Positions 46,801-55,846 of a stretch of DNA of 55,846 bases are shown here, piece by piece. The position numbers and the translations under genes are program-made. Below the pieces are notes generated by a model. The model was not told where the DNA came from. It saw only the letters and a list, made by a program, of their open reading frames with translations, and did not search any database. Position 1 is the stretch's first letter, and every line of letters begins with the position of its first letter. This stretch comes from Hydrurus foetidus (taxonomy: Eukaryota): positions 1 through 55,846 of the forward strand of contig UYFQ01000841.1 of NCBI GenBank assembly GCA_900617105.1, given 5' to 3'.

Positions 46801-48657
46801 CCATCACTTACTCCATCTGCTCCTTCCGTGGTACCACCACATTCTCCGACCATGTCACCGGAGTATTTCATCAAGGCGCGGTACAGTGACGCGGCTTGCA
46901 CCTCTGTAGTGTATTCAAAAGCGCTATTGCTCCACTCCTGCGACAAAGAATCAGGTGGCGAATACGTCATGCACGTGGCCACCTCATCTACTTTCTCAAC
47001 TACGTACTACTCCGACCCCGCGTGTAAGACTGTGGCATACACCAGTCTCGTCTATTACAAGAGCAGTTGCACTGATTCGTCTTTGTCGTTCGTAAGTCCC
47101 GATGGGGTTCCTACTTCCGTGACGGATGTTGTCAGTCGCAGGTTGGAGTCTGTCGTCTTTGTATCATACACCGTACATCACTTTTCTGCACTGACATAAC
47201 ATTCTGTTGTTCTACGTTGGCCCTGCAGTGCACCATCTACTAAAAAGATAAACAATATCTAGCATTGAACCTCAGCGAAATATCATGAAGACGAGATACT
47301 AACACTCCACTGCACCACACCGCACTGCACTGCGCTACCTTCCACATCCTTAACACAGCATCTACAGGAATGTTGACCCAACGTGCCAAGCCCCTATCTA
47401 CATGGCAGAACATGCCTCCTTGAACACGTGCATTACGGAGACAAATTCTATAATAGCTGTCAAAGGTGAATTACTCGAAAGAAAAGTGGTCTAGATCTCT
47501 ACTTACAGCTTACTGCCTGCCTCTCATCCGCATGATATCACATCCTATAATCATCTATGATCGTCTGTCTTGATAGATTCTTCTGGCACAGCGACCACTT
47601 TTTCTCAACCGGGCTGTACTGGGACTGGAGTATCCATAGTTTTCAGTTTGAACGTCTGCTGGGCCGATGGTGTGAAAGTTCAAATTATTTCTGGTACACC
47701 ACTACCAAGTGCGTCGTCATCTCCAAAAGGAACCTCGATTGCTGATTGTTTCGCTGGATCAGAGACGGTCAAACTGGAATCTGGTGAGGACCGACAGATC
47801 TCTCAAATCATGGCTGGTGACCGCGTGCTATCAGCAGATGCCGCGGGCAGGACATCCTTCTCCGAGGTGGTCTTCGTGCCTCACAGTCCCAACAAGGTCA
47901 CTGCCGCATTCATCCATATCACTACCACCAGCGGTCGCGACATCAAAATGACCAAGAGTCATGTGCTTCCAGCAGGTGCATGCGGCTCCTCTTCACCGCT
48001 GCGACTGAAGTACGCTTCACGGGTGTTAGTGAACGACTGCGTCATGACAGTGATAGGGGAGGAGACGGTCACCAGTGTACAGACCATCCTGGCAGAGGGG
48101 TTGTACACCATTGTCACTAAAGAGGAATTCATCGTTGTGAACGGAATAATCTCATCTCCATTCGCGCACAACCACATCGCCGCCAACTTGTTCTACCACG
48201 TGCATCGCTTTCTCTACACTGCTGCACCTCAACTGCTACTGTCGCCATTGCTCCGATCGGCCAACGAGGTTAGCGATCATGCGCGATGTACTTTTACCAA
48301 CTTCCTACTTCCATTCCGTCAAGTGCTTGGTTTCGTTAATTTCCGATTTTGTTTCACTGAGTGATGTTGTTCTGTCTTGCTGCTCACAATGCATGATGTA
48401 ATGCAATGCAATGCGATGTGATTTGGTGACTTCACTCTAGACACTTAGCCCGCTAATGCTTTACCACACTCTCTCAGCATCTTCAATCACACTCAAGAAT
48501 GATATACAGGCCTCCCTATTCAACGATCACCCGAAATCGCCCTACTCGATAACACACACAACAATAAATAATGCTTTTCAACCTCACCTGATCCCCCTTT
48601 CAACTGTAGGCACTAGGAGCCCTGCCTAATTTAGTCGGATATTCGAAATGGTACTGA
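40838..48657 (+). CDS. Secreted Cys-rich tandem-module protein with C-terminal Hedgehog-type Hint (Hog) domain, 14 predicted exons
   Basis: Signal peptide (IYWMLLLLPALACA). Exons 40838-41402, 41585-41685, 42090-42606, 42740-42840, 43257-43764, 43906-44030, 44376-44898, 45070-45188, 45534-46050, 46222-46322, 46505-47141, 47359-47465, 47577-48268, 48610-48657, all GT-AG; junctions I translated stay in frame. Hint motifs DCFAG, VLSAD..FSEV, MTKSH, VVNGIISSPF. Last exon tentative. Confidence 0.85.
43860..46290 (+). repeat. Near-identical ~1158-bp tandem duplication of exon-intron modules
   Basis: 44031-44375 versus 45189-45533 (offset 1158), including introns and (GT)n tracts. Identical spurious ORFs at 44081 and 45239. 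Confidence 0.92.
46663..46800 (+). repeat. 69-bp coding tandem repeat, 2 copies (PSLAPSAIPPTSPIALPTAVTAK), Pro/Ser/Thr linker
   Basis: Exact duplication visible in DNA and protein. Confidence 0.92.
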
Positions 48658-48877
48658 GTGAATACTGCCGAAATTAATCGTACCACGCCTTGTCCGCCCC
48701 GTCCAATGACAACAATCAATTCATTTGTTACGAGTCACGCAACGCGACTGCCCTTCAAAGTGATAGGAATAGTTAGACTACCTTGTACTTACGCACAAGC
48801 AGTCTAACGTATTAGATGTGATATTACTTTGAGCGGTATCACCGAGTCACTGACCGATAAAAATTCATACTTATTAC

Positions 48878-49077
48878 ATAGCAAGATCACCAAGTAAATT
48901 CACCTCTACATATTACACATAGCATGTAGCTTTCTCCACACAAACGTTGTCAGTCCATACATAAGCGACTCTGACCGACATTAGTTCACATTAATCACTA
49001 GCAAAATCACCAAGTAAATTCACCTCTACATATTACACATGATTACCAAGTAAATTCACCTCCACATGTTACACACA
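48878..49077. repeat. Three copies of ACCAAGTAAATTCACCTC(T/C)ACAT
   Basis: Copies at ~48889, 49009 and 49045. Confidence 0.8.
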
Positions 49078-49309
49078 GTAGCTTTCTTCACAAGATTAGC
49101 TAAGTACTGTTGGATGTATCATTTATCCCTACGACGATGATGACGAATCATAGCTAGCATAGATAGCAATGAAGTGCTTTGTTCTGACATGCCAAACACT
49201 TCTAATTTACGGAGACTATATTGCTGAGTGCCTTCTTCCTCACACCTGAGTGAGCTGTTGGGGCATCTTTTTCGACTGGCTGAAAACAAAGTGTTCACAA
49301 AACCAATTC

Positions 49310-49692
49310 CTTCATATGAGTGTGAGTCTCATTGAAATATGAGAAGAAAGAGCCGCTTGACTCTAAGTGCTTGTACTTCCCACAAACTTGTACAAGCACC
49401 CTTTGCTCCTGCACACATAGATCCGGGAGTTAAAGATGGACGAGCCCCTCTTCGAGAAATTACTTAGTGCAACATCTCGAATCACTGCCTCGAGTGTAAA
49501 GAAAGATTCGTGACTGTTCGTCACAGGATCAAGAAACTCATCGCAGAGCAAAGCCCTCCCACGATATATTGGCTTCAAATCAAAAGCAGTCCCATCTTGC
49601 TCATCAACACTGTATTCATCGTCACTGCTATCAGAGGAGGGTAGCGGAGAAGCAACCCTTTCCTCGAATCCAGTTTCATCTTCAGGAATCAT
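49310..49692 (-). pseudogene. Possible MuDR/FAR1-type zinc-finger fragment
   Basis: Acidic tract, then RIYVCRSKGCLYKF, with a downstream HTH beyond the stop. No catalytic domain or TIRs seen. Confidence 0.3.
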
Positions 49693-50092
49693 TTCAACCG
49701 TCTTATGGTAGGTCGGATCAAACCGTTGTGGTGGCTTGCAACAACTTGATGCGGTTTACTTTTATCTTTTATCTGACACCAATTTGATACCAGACCACCG
49801 AAGCAAGGGGGTATTAAAAGGAGTTTACCCCCTTTTAATTGTGGGGGGGCTCGTATCTACGTGCCTTGTGGGGGATAAAGCCCCAACCTGGATTTGGATA
49901 CGGAATACAGAATGTGCATACCGGATAACAGTAATTCAATGTCCAACATTTCTGAGTTGAATGCTTGTGAACACAGGATGTGTAGTGCAATAGTGCAAAA
50001 AAATTGAGTATAAAATTATATTTTTGATTATAATTACTTGAGAGTTTTCCATCATTGCATTTCTAGTTTAAGACAATTTAATTAATGAATTA

Positions 50093-50329
50093 GGCCAATC
50101 CTTAACAGGCCAATCCTTAACATATCCAAAACCGTTTATCCAAAAAAGTTCTTTTAAAATTATCCGGAAAAATAATTTCGTTTTCGTCATTTTGAGTGAG
50201 TCGTTGAAAATGTTGTTTTGGGATGGAACAAACCATCCAAGAAGGAGGTCATTTTTTTGGGAAGAAATCGGTCATCCAAAAAATAAAAACCGTATTTATT
50301 GACTTTTTTGGATATGTTAAGGAATGGCC
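50093..50329. mobile_element. Tourist-like (PIF/Harbinger) MITE
   Basis: TIR GGCCA(A/T)TCCTTAACATATCCAAAA. TSD TTA (50090-92, 50330-32). First 15 bp tandemly duplicated at the left end. Confidence 0.8.
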
Positions 50330-51108
50330 TTATTGATACTGTGACCCGCACACCCGTACGGGCTGTACGGGTACAGGCGTACGTTCGGACCGGATCGAGG
50401 ACGATCCGATCCATCCGATTCATTGCCATGATACCTGCTGTGTTTACCTGTAAGCTAACCACATTGTTTCCACAGCAATAGCTCTCCCAGCTTCTTTTCC
50501 CGCGCTCCCGCTTCCAGCCGTCCCGCTCCCAGTGCCCAGATCCTGGCAAGGCCACAATACCGGTATTTGGAACCAGCTAGTGATCTCTCAGATCCAAGTT
50601 GACCAAACGTCCCAACCAAAAATCCCGCAACGACCGTAAAACAGTCTGAGCAACAAGTTGAGTAACTCTTCAGGAGTGAAAACCACCCAAAACGATACTA
50701 CAAAGGTCTCGTCAACGCGACAGCCTCTGAATCGTAGTCGTTCGCGACCTCAAATATTGGCGATTTATTCCCAAAATATCGTGTAGCTCTTCTACGCGAA
50801 GGCTTACGAAGGAAAGGAACTTGCAAGCAAGTAACACCTCCCAAACTCGTTCACGAACGAAATCCAACGCGCCCACGCCCAGCTTCGTTCCTTACGAAGC
50901 CGCCGCCCACGTCCAAATTTTGTTGCGATTTCCTCCCGAAATCGCACCAAACCATTCCAATCCCCCTGACTTCTACTACCACATCCTTTACCTACCAGTC
51001 CTCACCCTCGAACAACCTACTCCTCTTTTCCCTGAATCACCGCGTCCGCGTTCCGTCGCTGTCCAAGACGCAGAGTTCCAGTGAGATTTCCCACGCCAAG
51101 TTTTCAAG

Positions 51109-54100
51109 ATGGTTAAGGCCCAAAAACCCAAGGAAAAGAGCTCTAGCGAAGCTAGCTCGTCTTCCAAACGCTCCAAACCCCAAAATATCCTCTTCCTATC
51201 GGATAAAGAGAAGGCTAAACTCGAGCGTCTCGCTCGGGAAGACAATATAGCCAACTCCATGAAGACGCTGGGCAAATCGGCTATCAAAGCCTCGAGCACC
51301 CATACGCGCATATCCGATGAATTGGCGGCAAACGAAGCACGCTTTCTGCAGCTACAACAAGAACGTGAACGCAATCGCGTGCGACTTGAAGTGCTGCAGG
51401 AACAGGCTGACAACAGATCTGATCTCGAAGATCAAGAACTGAAAGACTTGTCAGCCTGGATGCAAGAGACAAATGACTTACACAGTCTAAACCCTCAGTC
51501 AGATGAGGATGGCTCTCCAATCCGATCCCAAACCGAAGAAGAAGAGGATATCAATCCTTCTCAAACGGAAGAGGGCGACGACACAATCGGTACCAAAATA
51601 TCTCCGAAGGAAATTCTCTCCGACGATGATAACGTCTCGGTGTCTGACAACGTCTCGGAAGAGGCGGAAGACGAACAAACCAACGACGAGGACGAAGAGG
51701 AAGACAACAACCCCGACGATACCAAGTCCAAATCGGACGAGGAAGATCAAAGTGAGTCGGAGGCGTCAACCCCACCGTCACCAAAACCGAAAAAGAAAAA
51801 GGCGATGCCAATCAAACCCCTTGCCAAAACAAGGGAGGCAAAACCACTCTCTGCCGTCCAATCTGAAGACAAACCCACGCGTGCCACTAGATCCAAAACG
51901 TCCAAAGCAACGGTAGCAGCTGCAAAGAAGTCAGCGACAGCTTCCACGAAAGCGGCTGCCACTTCAAACCGCAAACGCAAAACCGAAGAGACTGACACAG
52001 TCTTCGAACAACAACGAACACCCCAAGCACTCACAACCTCCCTCATCAACATGAAGGAAGTGTTCTATGTAACACGTGAGACATTACTGAAGGACATGGA
52101 CGGCACAGCCCGAAAGTTCTATACACAGGCGCACCGCCCTCAGTTTAATGCACCTTGGAAGGATCTCATCGAAGACGAAGCTGTCCATGTGATCCGAGAC
52201 AGTCTCCTTCAAAATCGAAAGACTCTCGGATACACAATCAAAATGTGTCAAACCTGGCCCATCATCGACGACAAACTCCTGTCCATTCGCGACATGGCCA
52301 CCGATCTCAAGAAACTCTTCTTCAGTGATCGCGCCACAGAGTCTACCTATGACTTGGACCTTGCCCTGAAAAACTGGCAAATGAAGATCAAATGGCAAAA
52401 CCCAAACGTAGAGTTGGCGGCGATTGCACGACTCCGAGACATCCTCTTCGGATACTACGGCAGCTACGACAATATCCCTGCAGACCGCCAACATGAGATC
52501 TGTAAGATCATCTACAAAAAGCTCCCTCTTGATAATAAGTTCACTGAAAACTTCATGAACATTACAAAGGACAAAACAAGAAACAACAAAAAGGATTCCA
52601 TCCCAAACATGTTGTGCCGAATGAATCTCTGCCTCAGTGAAGCTCGGCAAACAGTTATCAACGCGTCCAACATGGGTGGCCTTCGTTACGACTTCGAGAC
52701 CAAAATCACCCCCGACAACTTGTCGTCCAGCAGCACAACGCAGCTCTCCGCCTCCTACCGCACAATACCCAAACGCGAATCCGACGCCTACCCAGGGTTG
52801 AGCAAAACAGTCGATAATTGCCACACCTGCGGTCGTGCAGGACACAATCGCTACGATTGTCGCAACTTCATGAACCCTCATTGCAACAACACGTGCTGCA
52901 CGTGGAGCCAATCCACGATGGCCACAGAGTTCAGGAAAATTGGTCACGATCACTTCGTCCAAAACGTCCTAATCAACGGCGAAATGACCAGAGCGACCAA
53001 CAACCCTGGCGCGGCAACATACGTCTATCCAACAGATGACGTCGAAAACGACATGGGTCCCGCCGCAAAAGACGACCCTCGCAACAACAACAACCGAAAC
53101 AACGACCGGTCCAACCGCGACAGCGACCGCAAAGACAATCGCGACACCGATCGCAACGAAAATCGCGATACTCGCGACATCAAAGACCGCGGGTACAAAG
53201 GAAAAAGTGAGTCCAAAATTCCGTATGCGGAAAATATCTCAGAAAATCGTATTTTGCCAAACATGCAAATGCTTTTATCAACAATCATACCTAATGAGAT
53301 AAATGATTACTTACAAGTAACAATATATCTTCCTCAGACCCCATCCCCGGCTACCGCTTTGGCGACCGCGTTGACAGCCGCGACCGCGACTCCAACCGCA
53401 AAGACGACTCGCGCCAAGCGGAAAAGGACAAAGACAAAGATCGCCGCGATCGAGACCGGTCCCCACCCAAATCCTCATCCAGCTACGGACCCAAATGACG
53501 GCATGGCCGCCTTAGCCCAAATAGACACCGGATGTCAGGTTGGGGACGTAATCAATCGTAGAGTCCTTCGGGGCCTACGTGGTGAACCCCAACTCCGCAC
53601 CACCGACTCTCCCATATGGATGTGTTCGGGTCTAAATAATCAATGTATTGAATCCACTGCTGTCCTTGATATTGTTGTATCATTTAACAAAAACGATTTG
53701 AAATACACTTTTTCTCTTCCGGTGCGAATTGCAGAAGATTCCAAAGTCGACCTAATCTTAGGATTAGAGACCATAAAAAAACTAAATTTGGTTAAAATCA
53801 TTCCGGAATTCTTCCAATCTCCGGAAAATATCCAAAATGAAAAAATTCACTCATTACAAAAACTGAATCAATCCACAAACATGGTATTAAACCACGTGGA
53901 CGTTCCACTCATGCTAGAAGCAGAGTCGGACACAGTAACGAGTATAACAAGTCCAACCTTACCTCCGGTTATAACTAGCCGAGAGGGGATAAAACCCTCA
54001 GACACAGACAGTCGATGGCAAGACGACATGGTGGCTCGAGGTGCTTGTACAAGCAAGACATGCGCTCCTTCATGTGGGTGTCCCACTAGCTTAGCTGCGG

Positions 54101-54831
54101 CAGCGGCTAGGCTAGATTCCGATGAGTTCATTTTGCACTCTACGGTCGAGGCAGCAGTTTTGTTGTCACCTCCCCGACAAAATGATTTAGGTGTAACAAC
54201 CGACAGGAGTCCGGAATTAGCTACTCCTACTCCCTCATCCAAGGCACCAGCCCAAACACGTGGTTTAGTTGCTGCTCTACTCCGGGAGCGTGAAGAACTC
54301 CCAGAGGTTCAACCCTTCGGACCCGAAGAGATTGACTACAAGTCGAAGGATACCTTCGCTCCTTTCCAAGACAATCCAACAGAGGACAAAATGTACCTCA
54401 TCGATCTAATACAAATCGATGGTACCCCTGAACAACAAGCAAAAATTAAAGCAATTTGTGTCAAACACATAAAGCTATTCAACAACAAACTCGGACCAGA
54501 GCCCGCGCGAATTCCCCCCTTTGGACTACCCGTACGGGATCCAGAGTGGAAAGTTTTCAAAAACCGCGTAGCACCACGACCAACGTCTACACGAAAACAA
54601 GTCGAAATCCGAAAACAAGTTGAAACTATGCTTGAACAGGGTATAATAGTCAAATCAGAGGCATCATACTATTCGCAAGTAACACTCGCGGCAAAGCCAG
54701 ACGGTTCATACCGATTCTGTATCGACTATCGTCACCTCAACGACGCAACGGAATCAGCAAGCTGGCCAATCCCTAATATTAAACAAATGTTAGCAAGATT
54801 AGGTTCACAAAAGCAGACACATTCGGTGTAA
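51109..54831 (+). CDS. Gypsy Gag-protease-RT N-terminus, 1240 aa
   Basis: CHTCGRAGHNRYDC knuckle; AQIDTGC...VDLILG protease; KPDGSYRFCIDYRHLN. Confidence 0.9.
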   Translation: MVKAQKPKEKSSSEASSSSKRSKPQNILFLSDKEKAKLERLAREDNIANSMKTLGKSAIKASSTHTRISDELAANEARFLQLQQERERNRVRLEVLQEQADNRSDLEDQELKDLSAWMQETNDLHSLNPQSDEDGSPIRSQTEEEEDINPSQTEEGDDTIGTKISPKEILSDDDNVSVSDNVSEEAEDEQTNDEDEEEDNNPDDTKSKSDEEDQSESEASTPPSPKPKKKKAMPIKPLAKTREAKPLSAVQSEDKPTRATRSKTSKATVAAAKKSATASTKAAATSNRKRKTEETDTVFEQQRTPQALTTSLINMKEVFYVTRETLLKDMDGTARKFYTQAHRPQFNAPWKDLIEDEAVHVIRDSLLQNRKTLGYTIKMCQTWPIIDDKLLSIRDMATDLKKLFFSDRATESTYDLDLALKNWQMKIKWQNPNVELAAIARLRDILFGYYGSYDNIPADRQHEICKIIYKKLPLDNKFTENFMNITKDKTRNNKKDSIPNMLCRMNLCLSEARQTVINASNMGGLRYDFETKITPDNLSSSSTTQLSASYRTIPKRESDAYPGLSKTVDNCHTCGRAGHNRYDCRNFMNPHCNNTCCTWSQSTMATEFRKIGHDHFVQNVLINGEMTRATNNPGAATYVYPTDDVENDMGPAAKDDPRNNNNRNNDRSNRDSDRKDNRDTDRNENRDTRDIKDRGYKGKSESKIPYAENISENRILPNMQMLLSTIIPNEINDYLQVTIYLPQTPSPATALATALTAATATPTAKTTRAKRKRTKTKIAAIETGPHPNPHPATDPNDGMAALAQIDTGCQVGDVINRRVLRGLRGEPQLRTTDSPIWMCSGLNNQCIESTAVLDIVVSFNKNDLKYTFSLPVRIAEDSKVDLILGLETIKKLNLVKIIPEFFQSPENIQNEKIHSLQKLNQSTNMVLNHVDVPLMLEAESDTVTSITSPTLPPVITSREGIKPSDTDSRWQDDMVARGACTSKTCAPSCGCPTSLAAAAARLDSDEFILHSTVEAAVLLSPPRQNDLGVTTDRSPELATPTPSSKAPAQTRGLVAALLREREELPEVQPFGPEEIDYKSKDTFAPFQDNPTEDKMYLIDLIQIDGTPEQQAKIKAICVKHIKLFNNKLGPEPARIPPFGLPVRDPEWKVFKNRVAPRPTSTRKQVEIRKQVETMLEQGIIVKSEASYYSQVTLAAKPDGSYRFCIDYRHLNDATESASWPIPNIKQMLARLGSQKQTHSV

Positions 54832-55846
54832 TAGACCTCACAGCAGGATATCACCAAGCACCGTTAACTCTAAGTACACGTGTGTATACAGCTTTCATAA
54901 CATTTATGGGCATCTACCACTTTACCCGACTACCTTTCGGACCCAAAAGAGCCCCCTCATATTTCCAAGAAATGATGGCCTCAATAGTTCTTTTAGGACT
55001 AATATACCAAATCTGTGAAGTATACCTCGACGACATCATCGTTTATGGTAATGGATTTGATCAATTCTGCGAGCGATTAGAAATCCTTTTTCAACGCCTA
55101 GAAAACAAAAACATTTCACTAAAAGCCGCAAAGCTAAAGCTAAATGTGCGAATAGTTGAATATGTCGGTAGACAAATATCTAAAGAAGGTATAACTATGA
55201 GTTCCAAAAATAAGAGGTGTGACCGACTTTCCTATGCCACGAAAGACGACTGAACTTAGATCGTTCCTCGGACTCACCAATTATTTTCGGGATCATGTAC
55301 CAAATCACTCCAACGTGGTAGCACCACTGCACAAAATTATAGATCACGCCGCGAAAAAGCAATCAATGCTAATCTGGACAGATGACGCCGCAAATTCTTT
55401 TCAAAAGATAAAAGATCTAATTGCAAAGAGTCCTTTATTATATTTCATACACGATACAGCGCCCATTACCCTCATGACCGATGCGTCAGATTACGGGATC
55501 GGCGGCTATTTGTATCAAGAAGTCGACGGAGAAAAACAACTCGTCGCTCTCGTAAGCAAGTCTCTTACCAAGACTCAACTGAAATGGTCAGTAATACAAA
55601 AAGAAGCCTTCGCGCTATATTATTGCTGCACTTATCTCGACGCACTGCTACGAGACCGTAAATTCACAATCCTCACAGACCACAAAAATCTTACGTTCCT
55701 AGAAAAGGATAAAAACGAGATGGTCGGCAGATGGCGTATGGCCCTGCAGGAACTAGAATATACGATAGGGTACATCTGGGAAAACAAAATGAAATTGCTG
55801 ACGCAATGTCTCGCCTATGTTTAAACAGAATGCCTCCTAAAACAGT
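54810..55846 (+). pseudogene. pol: Continuation of RT and RNase H, frameshifts near 54810, 55210 and 55790
   Basis: DLTAGYHQ, LPFG, YLDD, LRSFLGLTNYFR, TDASDYGIG, TDHKNL. Confidence 0.9.

Larger units (their letters stand above)
50340..55846 (+). mobile_element. Ty3/gypsy retrotransposon copy 3, truncated by the window edge
   Basis: Begins TGTGACCCG. Leader motif shared with copy 1. Gag-PR-RT-RH in order. Confidence 0.88.

Noticed and set aside
52084..52962. 292-aa antisense ORF, and similar antisense ORFs over NBR1, Copia and the transposases
   Set aside because: Shadow frames of real coding sequence with no motifs.
54800..55800. Programmed ribosomal frameshifts in gypsy pol
   Set aside because: The shifts fall inside RT and RNase H, often at A runs. 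Decay or sequencing indels are more likely.

Overview
Eukaryotic, intron-containing DNA, probably from a stramenopile/ochrophyte-type protist (inferred from the Copia lineage, Hint gene and intron style; not verified). It is a transposon-dense region with two clear host genes: an intronless NBR1-like autophagy receptor (10661-12499) and a 14-exon secreted Cys-rich repeat protein ending in a Hedgehog-type Hint domain (40838-48657). The rest is mostly mobile DNA: four Ty3/gypsy pieces (two ending in a chromodomain), a young intact Ty1/copia element, two sister PIF/Harbinger-class elements (AGAGTGTTTGCG ends, ANT target duplications), a pogo-like DD38D element with a non-TA target duplication, two TA-flanked IS630/Tc1/mariner-class elements with a large catalytic insert, a KDZ-like transposase relic and two MITEs. 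The elements form precise nests in which each newcomer landed near the end of the previous one. The strongest novelty candidate is the Harbinger-class element at 14414-18200. Besides its transposase and Myb/SANT-like gene it carries an intact third gene encoding a 2-oxoglutarate/Fe(II) dioxygenase with a Cys/His-rich basic N-terminus, possibly a transposon-borne chromatin or nucleic-acid modifier.
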